Source: Auanema rhodensis (Eukaryota; Animalia; Nematoda). From it: DNA of 64,000 nucleotides. The notes under the pieces were generated by a model, which made no database searches, was not told the DNA's origin, and saw only the letters and a program-made list of their open reading frames with translations. Every line of letters begins with the position of its first letter. Position 1 is the stretch's first letter. Shown here in pieces: positions 37,572-53,200 of the stretch. A program made the translations under genes and the position numbers. The stretch lies in contig OZ059899.1 in the NCBI GenBank assembly GCA_964057225.1, positions 18,476,001 through 18,540,000 of the forward strand. The letters run 5' to 3'.

Positions 37572-40500
37572 ATGCATTAGTGTATGTTGAGTTTCCATGT
37601 ACACTGAACACTCAACATTGCTTCCAAAAACATTTTTACAAAAATTTTTCCGGAAAATTTCGAAATAATTTCGCAGAAAGTAGATGTTTTTAGATTCCTT
37701 TTTCCAAGGCAAAGACGATGGACAATGTTATTCAACGAAAAAATTAATTCTGCAGGGTGAAAATCGAGGATATAAGTGTGAACTTATATTAGTTGATATC
37801 TCGGTGCATTTTTAAACTAGCGCAAATCTGATAACACAGATCGACGCAGCTTAAAAATCCGCATCGAATGCACTATACTACATTGAGAAACGTTTAATAC
37901 AAAATTTAGTTATGATCGTTTGAAAAATGATGCATTAGTGTATGTTGAGTTTCCATGTACACTGAACACTCAACATTGCTTCCAAAAACATTTTTACAAA
38001 AATTTTTCCGGAAAATTTCGAAATAATTTCGCAGAAAGTAGATGTTTTTAGATTCCTTTTTCCAAGGCAAAGACGATGGACAATGTTATTCAACGAAAAA
38101 ATTAATTCTGCAGGGTGAAAATCGAGGATATAAGTGTGAACTTATATTAGTTGATATCTCGGTGCATTTTTAAACTAGCGCAAATCTGATAACACAGATC
38201 GACGCAGCTTAAAAATCCGCATCGAATGCACTATACTACATTGAGAAACGCTTAATACAAAAATTAGTTATGATCGTTTGAAAAATGATGCATTAGTGTA
38301 TGTTGAGTTTCCATGTACACTCAACATTGCTTCCAAAAACATTTTGACAAAAATTTTTTCGAAAAATTTCAGAATATTTTAGCAAAAAATAGTTGTTTTT
38401 AGATTCCTTTTCTCAAGGCAAAGACGATGGACAATGTTATTCAACGAAAAAATTAATTCTGCAGGGTGAAAATCGAGGATATAAGTGTAAACTTATATCA
38501 GTTGATATCTCGGTGCATTTTTAAGCTAGCGCAAATCTGATAACACAGATCGACGCAGCTTAAAAATTCGCATTGAATGCACTATACTACATTGAGAAAC
38601 GCTTAATACAAAAATTAGTTATGATCGTTTGAAAAATGATGCATTAGTGTATGTTGAGTTTCCATGTACACTCAACATTGCTTCCAAAAACATTTTGACA
38701 AAAATTTTTTCGAAAAATTTCAAAATAATTTAGCAAAAAGTAGATGTTTTTAGATTCCTTTTTTCAAGGCAAAGACGATGGACAATGTTATTCAACGAAA
38801 AAATTAATTCTTCAGGGTGAAAATCGAGGATATAAGTGTGAACTTATATCAGTTGATATCTTGGTGCATTTTTAAGCTATCGCAAATCTGATAACACAGA
38901 TCGACGCAGCTTAAAAATCCGCATCGAATGCACTATACTACATTGAGAAACGCTTAATACAAAATTTAGTTATGATCGTTTGAAAAATGATGCATTAGTG
39001 TATGTTGAGTTTCCATGTACACTGAACATTGCTTCCAAAAACATTTTGACAAAAATTTTTTCAAAAAATTTCAAAATAATTTAGCAAAAAGTAGATGTTT
39101 TTAGATTCCTTTTTTCAAGGCAAAGACGATGGACTTTGTTATTCAACGAAAAAATTAATTCTTCAGGGTGAAAATCGAGGATATAAGTGTGAACTTATAT
39201 CAGTTGATATCTCGGTGCATTTTTAAGCTAGCGCAAATCTAATAATACAGATCGACGCAGCTTAAAAATCCGCATCGAATGCACTATACTACATTGAGAA
39301 ACGCTTAATACAAAAATTAGTTATGATCGTTTGAAAAATGATGCCTTAGTGTATGTTGAGTTTCCATGTACACTCAACATTGCTTCCAAAAACATTTTGA
39401 CAAAAATTTTTTCGAAAAATTTCAAAATAATTTAGCAAAAAGTAGATGTTTTTAGATTCCTTTTTTCAAGGCAAAGACGATGGACAATGTTATTCAACGA
39501 AAAAATTAATTCTTCAGGGTGAAAATCGAGGATATAAGTGTGAACTTATATCAGTTGATATCTCGGTGCATTTTTAAGCTAGCGCAAATCTGATAACACA
39601 GATCGACGCAGCTTAAAAATCCGCATCGAATGCACTATACTACATTGAGAAACGCTTAATACAAAATTTAGTTATGATCGTTTGAAAAATGATGCATTAG
39701 TGTATGTTGAGTTTCCATGTACACTGAACATTGCTTCCAAAAACATTTTGACAAAAATTTTTTCAAAAAATTTCAAAAAAATTTAGCAAAAAGTAGATGT
39801 TTTTAGATTCCTTTTTTCAAGGCAAAGACGATGAACAATGTTATTCAACGAAAAAATTAATTCTTTAGGGTGAAAATCGAGGATATAAGTGTGAACTTAT
39901 ATCAGTTGATATCTCGGTGCATTTTTAAGCTAGCGCAAATCTAATAATACAGATCGACGCAGCTTAAAAATCCGCATCGAATGCACTATACTACATTGAG
40001 AAACGCTTAATACAAAAATTAGTTATGATCGTTTGAAAAATGATGCCTTAGTGTATGTTGAGTTTCCATGTACACTCAACATTGCTTCCAAAAACATTTT
40101 GACAAAAATTTTTTCGAAAAATTTCAAAATAATTTAGCAAAAAGTAGATGTTTTTAGATTCCTTTTTTCAAGGCAAAGACGATGGACAATGTTATTCAAC
40201 GAAAAAATTAATTCTTCAGGGTGAAAATCGAGGATATAAGTGTGAACTTATATCAGTTGATATCTCGGTGCATTTTTAAGCTAGCGCAAATCTGATAACA
40301 CAGATCGACGCAGCTTAAAAATCCGCATCGAATGCACTATACTACATTGAGAAACGCTTAATACAAAATTTAGTTATGATCGTTTGAAAAATGATGCATT
40401 AGTGTATGTTGAGTTTCCATGTACACTGAACACTCAACATTGCTTCCAAAAACATTTTTACAAAAATTTTTCCGGAAAATTTCGAAATAATTTCGCAGAA

Positions 40501-43500
40501 AGTAGATGTTTTTAGATTCCTTTTTCCAAGGCAAAGACGATGGACAATGTTATTCAACGAAAAAATTAATTCTGCAGGGTGAAAATCGAGGATATAAGTG
40601 TGAACTTATATTAGTTGATATCTCGGTGCATTTTTAAACTAGCGCAAATCTGATAACACAGATCGACGCAGCTTAAAAATCCGCATCGAATGCACTATAC
40701 TACATTGAGAAACGTTTAATACAAAATTTAGTTATGATCGTTTGAAAAATGATGCATTAGTGTATGTTGAGTTTCCATGTACACTGAACACTCAACATTG
40801 CTTCCAAAAACATTTTTACAAAAATTTTTCCGGAAAATTTCGAAATAATTTCGCAGAAAGTAGATGTTTTTAGATTCCTTTTTCCAAGGCAAAGACGATG
40901 GACAATGTTATTCAACGAAAAAATTAATTCTGCAGGGTGAAAATCGAGGATATAAGTGTGAACTTATATTAGTTGATATCTCGGTGCATTTTTAAACTAG
41001 CGCAAATCTGATAACACAGATCGACGCAGCTTAAAAATCCGCATCGAATGCACTATACTACATTGAGAAACGCTTAATACAAAAATTAGTTATGATCGTT
41101 TGAAAAATGATGCATTAGTGTATGTTGAGTTTCCATGTACACTCAACATTGCTTCCAAAAACATTTTGACAAAAATTTTTTCGAAAAATTTCAGAATATT
41201 TTAGCAAAAAATAGTTGTTTTTAGATTCCTTTTCTCAAGGCAAAGACGATGGACAATGTTATTCAACGAAAAAATTAATTCTGCAGGGTGAAAATCGAGG
41301 ATATAAGTGTAAACTTATATCAGTTGATATCTCGGTGCATTTTTAAGCTAGCGCAAATCTGATAACACAGATCGACGCAGCTTAAAAATTCGCATTGAAT
41401 GCACTATACTACATTGAGAAACGCTTAATACAAAAATTAGTTATGATCGTTTGAAAAATGATGCATTAGTGTATGTTGAGTTTCCATGTACACTCAACAT
41501 TGCTTCCAAAAACATTTTGACAAAAATTTTTTCGAAAAATTTCAAAATAATTTAGCAAAAAGTAGATGTTTTTAGATTCCTTTTTTCAAGGCAAAGACGA
41601 TGGACAATGTTATTCAACGAAAAAATTAATTCTTCAGGGTGAAAATCGAGGATATAAGTGTGAACTTATATCAGTTGATATCTTGGTGCATTTTTAAGCT
41701 ATCGCAAATCTGATAACACAGATCGACGCAGCTTAAAAATCCGCATCGAATGCACTATACTACATTGAGAAACGCTTAATACAAAATTTAGTTATGATCG
41801 TTTGAAAAATGATGCATTAGTGTATGTTGAGTTTCCATGTACACTGAACATTGCTTCCAAAAACATTTTGACAAAAATTTTTTCAAAAAATTTCAAAATA
41901 ATTTAGCAAAAAGTAGATGTTTTTAGATTCCTTTTTTCAAGGCAAAGACGATGGACTTTGTTATTCAACGAAAAAATTAATTCTTCAGGGTGAAAATCGA
42001 GGATATAAGTGTGAACTTATATCAGTTGATATCTCGGTGCATTTTTAAGCTAGCGCAAATCTAATAATACAGATCGACGCAGCTTAAAAATCCGCATCGA
42101 ATGCACTATACTACATTGAGAAACGCTTAATACAAAAATTAGTTATGATCGTTTGAAAAATGATGCCTTAGTGTATGTTGAGTTTCCATGTACACTCAAC
42201 ATTGCTTCCAAAAACATTTTGACAAAAATTTTTTCGAAAAATTTCAAAATAATTTAGCAAAAAGTAGATGTTTTTAGATTCCTTTTTTCAAGGCAAAGAC
42301 GATGGACAATGTTATTCAACGAAAAAATTAATTCTTCAGGGTGAAAATCGAGGATATAAGTGTGAACTTATATCAGTTGATATCTCGGTGCATTTTTAAG
42401 CTAGCGCAAATCTGATAACACAGATCGACGCAGCTTAAAAATCCGCATCGAATGCACTATACTACATTGAGAAACGCTTAATACAAAAATTAGTTATGAT
42501 CGTTTGAAAAATGATGCCTTAGTGTATGTTGAGTTTCCATGTACACTCAACATTGCTTCCAAAAACATTTTGACAAAAATTTTTTCGAAAAATTTCAAAA
42601 TAATTTAGCGAAAAGTAGATGTTTTTAGATTCCTTTTTACAAGGCAAAGACGATGGACAATGTTATTCAACGAAAAAATTAATTCTTCAGGGTGAAAATC
42701 GAGGATATAAGTGTGAACTTATATCAGTTGATATCTCGGTGCATTTTTAAGCTAGCGCAAATCTGATAACACAGATCGACGCAGCTTAAAAATCCGCATC
42801 GAATGCACTATACTACATTGAGAAACGCTTAATACAAAAATTAGTTATGATCGTTTGAAAAATGATGCCTTAGTGTATGTTGAGTTTCCATGTACACTGA
42901 ACATTGCTTCCAAAAACATTTTGACAAAAATTTTTTCAAAAAATTTCAAAAAAATTTAGCAAAAAGTAGATGTTTTTAGATTCCTTTTTTCAAGGCAAAG
43001 ACGATGAACAATGTTATTCAACGAAAAAATTAATTCTTTAGGGTGAAAATCGAGGATATAAGTGTGAACTTATATCAGTTGATATCTCGGTGCATTTTTA
43101 AGCTAGCGCAAATCTAATAATACAGATCGACGCAGCTTAAAAATCCGCATCGAATGCACTATACTACATTGAGAAACGCTTAATACAAAAATTAGTTATG
43201 ATCGTTTGAAAAATGATGCATTAGTGTATGTTGAGTTTCCATATACACTGAACACTCAACATTGCTTCCAAAAACATTTTTACAAAAATTTTTCCGGAAA
43301 ATTTCGAAATAATTTCGCAGAAAGTAGATGTTTTTAGATTCCTTTTTCCAAGGCAAAGACGATGGACAATGTTATTCAACGAAAAAATTAATTCTGCAGG
43401 GTGAAAATCGAGGATATAAGTGTGAACTTATATTAGTTGATATCTCGGTGCATTTTTAAACTAGCGCAAATCTGATAACACAGATCGACGCAGCTTAAAA

Positions 43501-43931
43501 ATCCGCATCGAATGCACTATACTACATTGAGAAACGTTTAATACAAAATTTAGTTATGATCGTTTGAAAAATGATGCATTAGTGTATGTTGAGTTTCCAT
43601 GTACACTGAACACTCAACATTGCTTCCAAAAACATTTTTACAAAAATTTTTCCGGAAAATTTCGAAATAATTTCGCAGAAAGTAGATGTTTTTTGATTCC
43701 TTTTTCCAAGGCAAAGACGATGGACAATGTTATTCAACGAAAAAATTAATTCTGCAGGGTGAAAATCGAGGATATAAGTGTGAACTTATATTAGTTGATA
43801 TCTCGGTGCATTTTTAAACTAGCGCAAATCTGATAACACAGATCGACGCAGCTTAAAAATCCGCATCGAATGCACTATACTACATTGAGAAACGTTTAAT
43901 ACAAAAATTAGTTATGATCGTTTGAAAAATG
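37572..43931. repeat. 2822-bp (8-monomer) spaced units marked by pairs of 358-bp monomers at 37572, 40394 and 43216
   Basis: Pair starts are 2822 bp apart (6x351+2x358). The order is shared: 358, 358, C-type, CTTGG/CTATC type, GACTTT type. Confidence 0.88.
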
Positions 43932-46900
43932 ATGCATTAGTGTATGTTGAGTTTCCATGTACACTCAACATTGCTTCCAAAAATATTTTGACAAAAATTT
44001 TTTCGAAAAATTTCAGAATATTTTAGCAAAAAATAGTTGTTTTTAGATTCCTTTTTTCAAGGCAAAGACGATGGACAATGTTATTCAACGAAAAAATTAA
44101 TTATGCAGGGTGAAAATCGAGGATATAAGTGTGAACTTATATCAGTTGACATCTCGGTGCATTTTTAAGCTAGCGCAAATCTGATAACACAGATCGACGC
44201 AGCTTAAAAATCCGCATCGAATGCACTATACTACATTGAGAAACGCTTAATACAAAAATTAGTTATGATCGTTTGAAAAATGATGCATTAGTGTATGTTG
44301 AGTTTCCATGTACACTCAACATTGCTTCCAAAAACATTTTTACAAAAATTTTTCCGGAAAATTTCGAAACAATTTCGCAAAAAGTAGATGTTTTTAGATT
44401 CCTTTTTTCAAGGCAAAGACGATGGACAATGTTATTCAACGAAAAAATTAATTCTGCAGGGTGAAAATCGAGGATATAAGTGTGAACTTATATCAGTTGA
44501 TATCTCGGTGCATTTTTAAGCTAGCGCAAATCTGATAACACAGATCGACGCAGCTTAAAAAGCCGCATCGAATGCACTATACAACATTGAGAAACGCTTA
44601 ATACAAAAATTAGTTATGATCGTTTGAAAAATGATGCATTAGTGTATGTTGAGTTTCCATGTACACTCAACATTGCTTCCAAAAACATTTTTACAAAAAT
44701 TTTTCCGGAAAATTTCGAGACAATTTCGCAAAAAGTAGATGTTTTTAGATTCCTTTTTTCAAGGCAAAGACGATGGACAATGTTATTCAACGAAAAAATT
44801 AATTCTGCAGGGTGAAAATCGAGGATATAAGTGTGAACTTATATCAGTTGATATCTCGGTGCATTTTTAAGCTAGCGCAAATCTGATAACACAGATCGAC
44901 GCAGCTTAAAAAGCCGCATCGAATGCACTATACAACATTGAGAAACGCTTAATACAAAAATTAGTTATGATCGTTTGAAAAATGATGCATTAGTGTATGT
45001 TGAGTTTCCATGTACACTCAACATTGCTTCCAAAAACATTTTTACAAAAATTTTTCCGGAAAATTTCGAGACAATTTCGCAAAAAGTAGATGTTTTTAGA
45101 TTCCTTTTTTCAAGGCAAAGACGATGGACAATGTTATTCAACGAAAAAATTAATTCTGCAGGGTGAAAATCGAGGATATAAGTGTGAACTTATATCAGTT
45201 GATATCTCGGTGCATTTTTAAGCTAGCGCAAATCTGATAACACAGATCGACGCAGCTTAAAAATCCGCATCGAATGCACTATACTACATTGAGAAACGCT
45301 TAATACAAAAATTAGTTATGATCGTTTGAAAAATGATGCATTAGTGTATGTTGAGTTTCCATGTACACTCAACATTGCTTCCAAAAACATTTTTACAAAA
45401 ATTTTTCCGAAAAATTTCGAAACAATTTCGCAAAAAGTAGATGTTTTTAGATTCCTTTTTTCAAGGCAAAGACGATGGACATTGTTATTCAACGAAAAAA
45501 TTAATTATTCAGGGTGAAAATCGAGGATATAAGTGTGAACTTATATCAGTTGATATCTCGGTGCATTTTTAAGCTAGCGCAAATCTGATAACACAGATCG
45601 ACGCAGCTTAAAAATCCGCATCGAATGCACTATACTACATTGAGAAACGCTTAATACAAAAATTAGTTATGATCGTTTGAAAAATGATGCCTTAGTGTAT
45701 GTTGAGTTTCCATGTACACTCAACATTGCTTCCAAAAACATTTTGACAAAAATTTTTTCGAAAAATTTCAAAATAATTTAGCGAAAAGTAGATGTTTTTA
45801 GATTCCTTTTTACAAGGCAAAGACGATGGACAATGTTATTCAACGAAAAAATTAATTCTTCAGGGTGAAAATCGAGGATATAAGTGTGAACTTATATCAG
45901 TTGATATCTCGGTGCATTTTTAAGCTAGCGCAAATCTGATAACACAGATCGACGCAGCTTAGAAATCCGCATCGAATGCACTATACTACATTGAGAAACG
46001 CTTAATACAAAAATTAGTTATGATCGTTTGAAAAATGATGCATTAGTGTATGTTGAGTTTCCATGTACACTCAACATTGCTTCCAAAAACATTTTTACAA
46101 AAATTTTTCCGAAAAATTTCGAAATAATTTCGCAGAAAGTAGATGTTTTTAGATTCCTTTTTTCAAGGCAAAGACGATGGACATTGTTATTCAACGAAAA
46201 AATTAATTCTGCAGGGTGAAAATCGAGGATATAAGTGTGAACTTATATTAGTTGATATCTCGGTGCATTTTTAAGCTAGCGCAAATCTGATAACACAGAT
46301 CGACGCAGCTTAAAAATCCGCATCGAATGCACTATACTACATTGAGAAACGCTTACTACAAAAATTAGTTATGATCGTTTGAAAAATGATGCATTAGTGT
46401 ATGTTGAGTTTCCATGTACACTCAACATTGCTTCCAAAAACATTTTGACAAAAATTTTTTCGAAAAATTTCAGAATATTTTAGCAAAAAATAGTTGTTTC
46501 TAGATTCCTTTTCTCAAGGCAAAGACGATGGACAATGTTATTCAACGAAAAAATTAATTCTGCAGGGTGAAAATCGAGGATATAAGTGTGAACTTATATC
46601 AGTTGATATCTCGGTGCATTTTTAAGCTAGCGCAAATCTGATAACACAGATCGACGCAGCTTAAAAATCCGCATCGAATGCACTATACTACATTGAGAAA
46701 CGCTTAATACAAAAATTAGTTATGATCGTTTGAAAAATGATGCATTAGTGTATGTTGAGTTTCCATGTACACTCAACATTGCTTCCAAAAACATTTTTAC
46801 AAAAATTTTTCCGGAAAATTTCGAAACAATTTCGCAAAAAGTAGATGTTTTTAGATTCCTTTTTTCAAGGCAAAGACGATGGACAATGTTATTCAACGAA

Positions 46901-49900
46901 AAAATTAATTCTGCAGGGTGAAAATCGAGGATATAAGTGTGAACTTATATCAGTTGATATCTCGGTGCATTTTTAAGCTAGCGCAAATCTGATAACACAG
47001 ATCGACGCAGCTTAAAAAGCCGCATCGAATGCACTATACAACATTGAGAAACGCTTAATACAAAAATTAGTTATGATCGTTTGAAAAATGATGCATTAGT
47101 GTATGTTGAGTTTCCATGTACACTCAACATTGCTTCCAAAAACATTTTTACAAAAATTTTTCCGGAAAATTTCGAAACAATTTCGCAAAAAGTAGATGTT
47201 TTTAGATTCCTTTTTTCAAGGCAAAGACGATGGACAATGTTATTCAACGAAAAAATTAATTCTGCAGGGTGAAAATCGAGGATATAAGTGTGAACTTATA
47301 TCAGTTGATATCTCGGTGCATTTTTAAGCTAGCGCAAATCTGATAACACAGATCGACGCAGCTTAAAAATCCGCATCGAATGCACTATACTACATTGAGA
47401 AACGCTTAATACAAAATTTAGTTATGATCGTTTGAAAAATGATGCATTAGTGTATGTTGAGTTTCCATGTACACTGAACATTGCTTCCAAAAACATTTTG
47501 ACAAAAATTTTTTCAAAAAATTTCAGAATAATTTAGCGAAAAGTAGATGTTTTTAGATTCCTTTTTACAAGGCAAAGACGATGGACAATGTTATTCAACG
47601 AAAAAATTAATTCTTCAGGGTGAAAATCGAGGATATAAGTGTGAACTTATATCAGTTGATATCTCGGTGCATTTTTAAGCTAGCGCAAATCTGATAACAC
47701 AGATCGACGCAGCTTAAAAATCCGCATCGAATGCACTATACTACATTGAGAAACGCTTAATACAAAAATTAGTTATGATCGTTTGAAAAATGATGCATTA
47801 GTGTATGTTGAGTTTCCATGTACACTCAACATTGCTTCCAAAAACATTTTTACAAAAATTTTTCCGAAAAATTTCGAAATAATTTCGCAGAAAGTAGATG
47901 TTTTTAGATTCCTTTTTTCAAGGCAAAGACGATGGACATTGTTATTCAACGAAAAAATTAATTCTGCAGGGTGAAAATCGAGGATATAAGTGTAAACTTA
48001 TATTAGTTGATATCTCGGTGCATTTTTAAGCTAGCGCAAATCTGATAACACAGATCGACGCAGCTTAAAAAGCCGCATCGAATGCACTATACAACATTGA
48101 GAAACGCTTAATACAAAAATTAGTTATGATCGTTTGAAAAATGATGCATTAGTGTATGTTGAGTTTCCATGTACACTCAACATTGCTTCCAAAAACATTT
48201 TTACAAAAATTTTTCCGGAAAATTTCGAAACAATTTCGCAAAAAGTAGATGTTTTTAGATTCCTTTTTTCAAGGCAAAGACGATGGACAATGTTATTCAA
48301 CGAAAAAATTAATTCTGCAGGGTGAAAATCGAGGATATAAGTGTGAACTTATATCAGTTGATATCTCGGTGCATTTTTAAGCTAGCGCAAATCTGATAAC
48401 ACAGATCGACGCAGCTTAAAAATCCGCATCGAATGCACTATACTACATTGAGAAACGCTTAATACAAAAATTAGTTATGATCGTTTGAAAAATGATGCCT
48501 TAGTGTATGTTGAGTTTCCATGTACACTCAACATTGCTTCCAAAAACATTTTGACAAAAATTTTTTCGAAAAATTTCAAAATAATTTAGCGAAAAGTAGA
48601 TGTTTTTAGATTCCTTTTTACAAGGCAAAGACGATGGACAATGTTATTCAACGAAAAAATTAATTCTTCAGGGTGAAAATCGAGGATATAAGTGTGAACT
48701 TATATCAGTTGATATCTCGGTGCATTTTTAAGCTAGCGCAAATCTGATAACACAGATCGACGCAGCTTAAAAATCCGCATCGAATGCACTATACTACATT
48801 GAGAAACGCTTACTACAAAAATTAGTTATGATCGTTTGAAAAATGATGCATTAGTGTATGTTGAGTTTCCATGTACACTCAACATTGCTTCCAAAAACAT
48901 TTTGACAAAAATTTTTTCGAAAAATTTCAGAATATTTTAGCAAAAAATAGTTGTTTCTAGATTCCTTTTCTCAAGGCAAAGACGATGGACAATGTTATTC
49001 AACGAAAAAATTAATTCTGCAGGGTGAAAATCGAGGATATAAGTGTGAACTTATATCAGTTGATATCTCGGTGCATTTTTAAGCTAGCGCAAATCTGATA
49101 ACACAGATCGACGCAGCTTAAAAATCCGCATCGAATGCACTATACTACATTGAGAAACGCTTAATACAAAAATTAGTTATGATCGTTTGAAAAATGATGC
49201 ATTAGTGTATGTTGAGTTTCCATGTACACTCAACATTGCTTCCAAAAACATTTTTACAAAAATTTTTCCGGAAAATTTCGAAACAATTTCGCAAAAAGTA
49301 GATGTTTTTAGATTCCTTTTTTCAAGGCAAAGACGATGGACAATGTTATTCAACGAAAAAATTAATTCTGCAGGGTGAAAATCGAGGATTTAAGTGTGAA
49401 CTTATATCAGTTGATATCTCGGTGCATTTTTAAGCTAGCGCAAATATGATAACACAGATCGACGCAGCTTAAAAAGCCGCATCGAATGCACTATACAACA
49501 TTGAGAAACGCTTAATACAAAAATTAGTTATGATCGTTTGAAAAATGATGCATTAGTGTATGTTGAGTTTCCATGTACACTCAACATTGCTTCCAAAAAC
49601 ATTTTTACAAAAATTTTTCCGGAAAATTTCGAAACAATTTCGCAAAAAGTAGATGTTTTTAGATTCCTTTTTTCAAGGCAAAGACGATGGACAATGTTAT
49701 TCAACGAAAAAATTAATTCTGCAGGGTGAAAATCGAGGATATAAGTGTGAACTTATATCAGTTGATATCTCGGTGCATTTTTAAGCTAGCGCAAATCTGA
49801 TAACACAGATCGACGCAGCTTAAAAATCCGCATCGAATGCACTATACTACATTGAGAAACGCTTAATACAAAATTTAGTTATGATCGTTTGAAAAATGAT

Positions 49901-50249
49901 GCATTAGTGTATGTTGAGTTTCCATGTACACTGAACATTGCTTCCAAAAACATTTTGACAAAAATTTTTTCAAAAAATTTCAAAAAAATTTAGCAAAAAG
50001 TAGATGTTTTTAGATTCCTTTTTTCAAGGCAAAGACGATGAACAATGTTATTCAACGAAAAAATTAATTCTTCAGGGTGAAAATCGAGGATATAAGTGTG
50101 AACTTATATCAGTTGATATCTCGGTGCATTTTTAAGCTAGCGCAAATCTAATAATACAGATCGACGCAGCTTAAAAATCCGCATCGAATGCACTATACTA
50201 CATTGAGAAACGCTTAATACAAAAATTAGTTATGATCGTTTGAAAAATG

Positions 50250-53200
50250 ATGCATTAGTGTATGTTGAGTTTCCATGTACACTCAACATTGCTTCCAAAA
50301 ACATTTTTACAAAAATTTTTCCGAAAAATTTCGAAATAATTTCGCAGAAAGTAGATGTTTTTAGATTCCTTTTTTCAAGGCAAAGACGATGGACATTGTT
50401 ATTCAACGAAAAAATTAATTCTGCAGGGTGAAAATCGAGGATATAAGTGTAAACTTATATTAGTTGATATCTCGGTGCATTTTTAAGCTAGCGCAAATCT
50501 GATAACACAGATCGACGCAGCTTAAAAATCCGCATCGAATGCACTATACTACATTGAGAAACGCTTACTACAAAAATTAGTTATGATCGTTTGAAAAATG
50601 ATGCATTAGTGTATGTTGAGTTTCCATGTACACTCAACATTGCTTCCAAAAACATTTTGACAAAAATTTTTTCGAAAAATTTCAGAATATTTTAGCAAAA
50701 AATAGTTGTTTCTAGATTCCTTTTCTCAAGGCAAAGACGATGGACAATGTTATTCAACGAAAAAATTAATTCTGCAGGGTGAAAATCGAGGATTTAAGTG
50801 TGAACTTATATCAGTTGATATCTCGGTGAATTTTTAAGCTAGCGCAAATCTGATAAAACAGATCGACGCAGCTTAAAAATCCGCATCGAATGCACTATAC
50901 AACATTGAGAAACGCTTAATACAAAAATTAGTTATGATCGTTTGAAAAAAGACGCATTAGTGTATGTTGAGTTTCCATGTACACTCAACATTGCTTCCAA
51001 AAACATTTTTACAAAAATTTTTCCGAAAAATTTCGAAACAATTTCGCAAAAAGTAGATGTTTTTAGATTCCTTTTTTCAAGGCAAAGACGATGGACATTG
51101 TTATTCAACGAAAAAATTAATTCTTCAGGGTGAAAATCGAGGATATAAGTGTGAACTTATATCAGTTGATATCTCGGTGCATTTTCAAGCTAGCGCAAAT
51201 CTGATAACACAGATCGACGCAGCTTAAAAATCCGCATCGAATGCACTATACTACATTGAGAAACGCTTAATACAAAAATTAGTTATGATCGTTTGAAAAA
51301 TGATGCCTTAGTGTATGTTGAGTTTCCATGTACACTCAACATTGCTTCCAAAAACATTTTGACAAAAATTTTTTCGAAAAATTTCAAAATAATTTAGCGA
51401 AAAGTAGATGTTTTTAGATTCCTTTTTACAAGGCAAAGACGATGGACAATGTTATTCAACGAAAAAATTAATTCTTCAGGGTGAAAATCGAGGATATAAG
51501 TGTGAACTTATATCAGTTGATATCTCGGTGCATTTTTAAGCTAGCGCAAATCTGATAACACAGATCGACGCAGCTTAAAAATCCGCATCGAATGCACTAT
51601 ACTACATTGAGAAACGCTTAATACAAAATTTAGTTATGATCGTTTGAAAAATGATGCATTAGTGTATGTTGAGTTTCCATGTACACTGAACATTGCTTCC
51701 AAAAACATTTTGACAAAAATTTTTTCAAAAAATTTCAAAAAAATTTAGCAAAAAGTAGATGTTTTTAGATTCCTTTTTTCAAGGCAAAGACGATGAACAA
51801 TGTTATTCAACGAAAAAATTAATTCTTCAGGGTGAAAATCGAGGATATAAGTGTGAACTTATATCAGTTGATATCTCGGTGCATTTTTAAGCTAGCGCAA
51901 ATCTAATAATACAGATCGACGCAGCTTAAAAATCCGCATCGAATGCACTATACTACATTGAGAAACGCTTAATACAAAAATTAGTTATGATCGTTTGAAA
52001 AATGATGCCTTAGTGTATGTTGAGTTTCCATGTACACTCAACATTGCTTCCAAAAACATTTTGACAAAAATTTTTCCGAAAAATTTCGAAATAATTTCGC
52101 AGAAAGTAGATGTTTTTAGATTCCTTTTTTCAAGGCAAAGACGATGGACATTGTTATTCAACGAAAAAATTAATTCTGCAGGGTGAAAATCGAGGATATA
52201 AGTGTAAACTTATATTAGTTGATATCTCGGTGCATTTTTAAGCTAGCGCAAATCTGATAACACAGATCGACGCAGCTTAAAAATCCGCATCGAATGCACT
52301 ATACTACATTGAGAAACGCTTACTACAAAAATTAGTTATGATCGTTTGAAAAATGATGCATTAGTGTATGTTGAGTTTCCATGTACACTCAACATTGCTT
52401 CCAAAAACATTTTGACAAAAATTTTTTCGAAAAATTTCAGAATATTTTAGCAAAAAATAGTTGTTTCTAGATTCCTTTTCTCAAGGCAAAGACGATGGAC
52501 AATGTTATTCAACGAAAAAATTAATTCTGCAGGGTGAAAATCGAGGATTTAAGTGTGAACTTATATCAGTTGATATCTCGGTGAATTTTTAAGCTAGCGC
52601 AAATCTGATAAAACAGATCGACGCAGCTTAAAAATCCGCATCGAATGCACTATACAACATTGAGAAACGCTTAATACAAAAATTAGTTATGATCGTTTGA
52701 AAAAAGACGCATTAGTGTATGTTGAGTTTCCATGTACACTCAACATTGCTTCCAAAAACATTTTTACAAAAATTTTTCCGAAAAATTTCGAAACAATTTC
52801 GCAAAAAGTAGATGTTTTTAGATTCCTTTTTTCAAGGCAAAGACGATGGACATTGTTATTCAACGAAAAAATTAATTCTTCAGGGTGAAAATCGAGGATA
52901 TAAGTGTGAACTTATATCAGTTGATATCTCGGTGCATTTTCAAGCTAGCGCAAATCTGATAACACAGATCGACGCAGCTTAAAAATCCGCATCGAATGCA
53001 CTATACTACATTGAGAAACGCTTAATACAAAAATTAGTTATGATCGTTTGAAAAATGATGCCTTAGTGTATGTTGAGTTTCCATGTACACTCAACATTGC
53101 TTCCAAAAACATTTTGACAAAAATTTTTTCGAAAAATTTCAAAATAATTTAGCGAAAAGTAGATGTTTTTAGATTCCTTTTTACAAGGCAAAGACGATGG

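Noticed and set aside
43564-43749. 61-aa ORF with a different C-terminus
   Set aside because: By-product of the 7-bp insertion plus a private A>T that removes a TAG.
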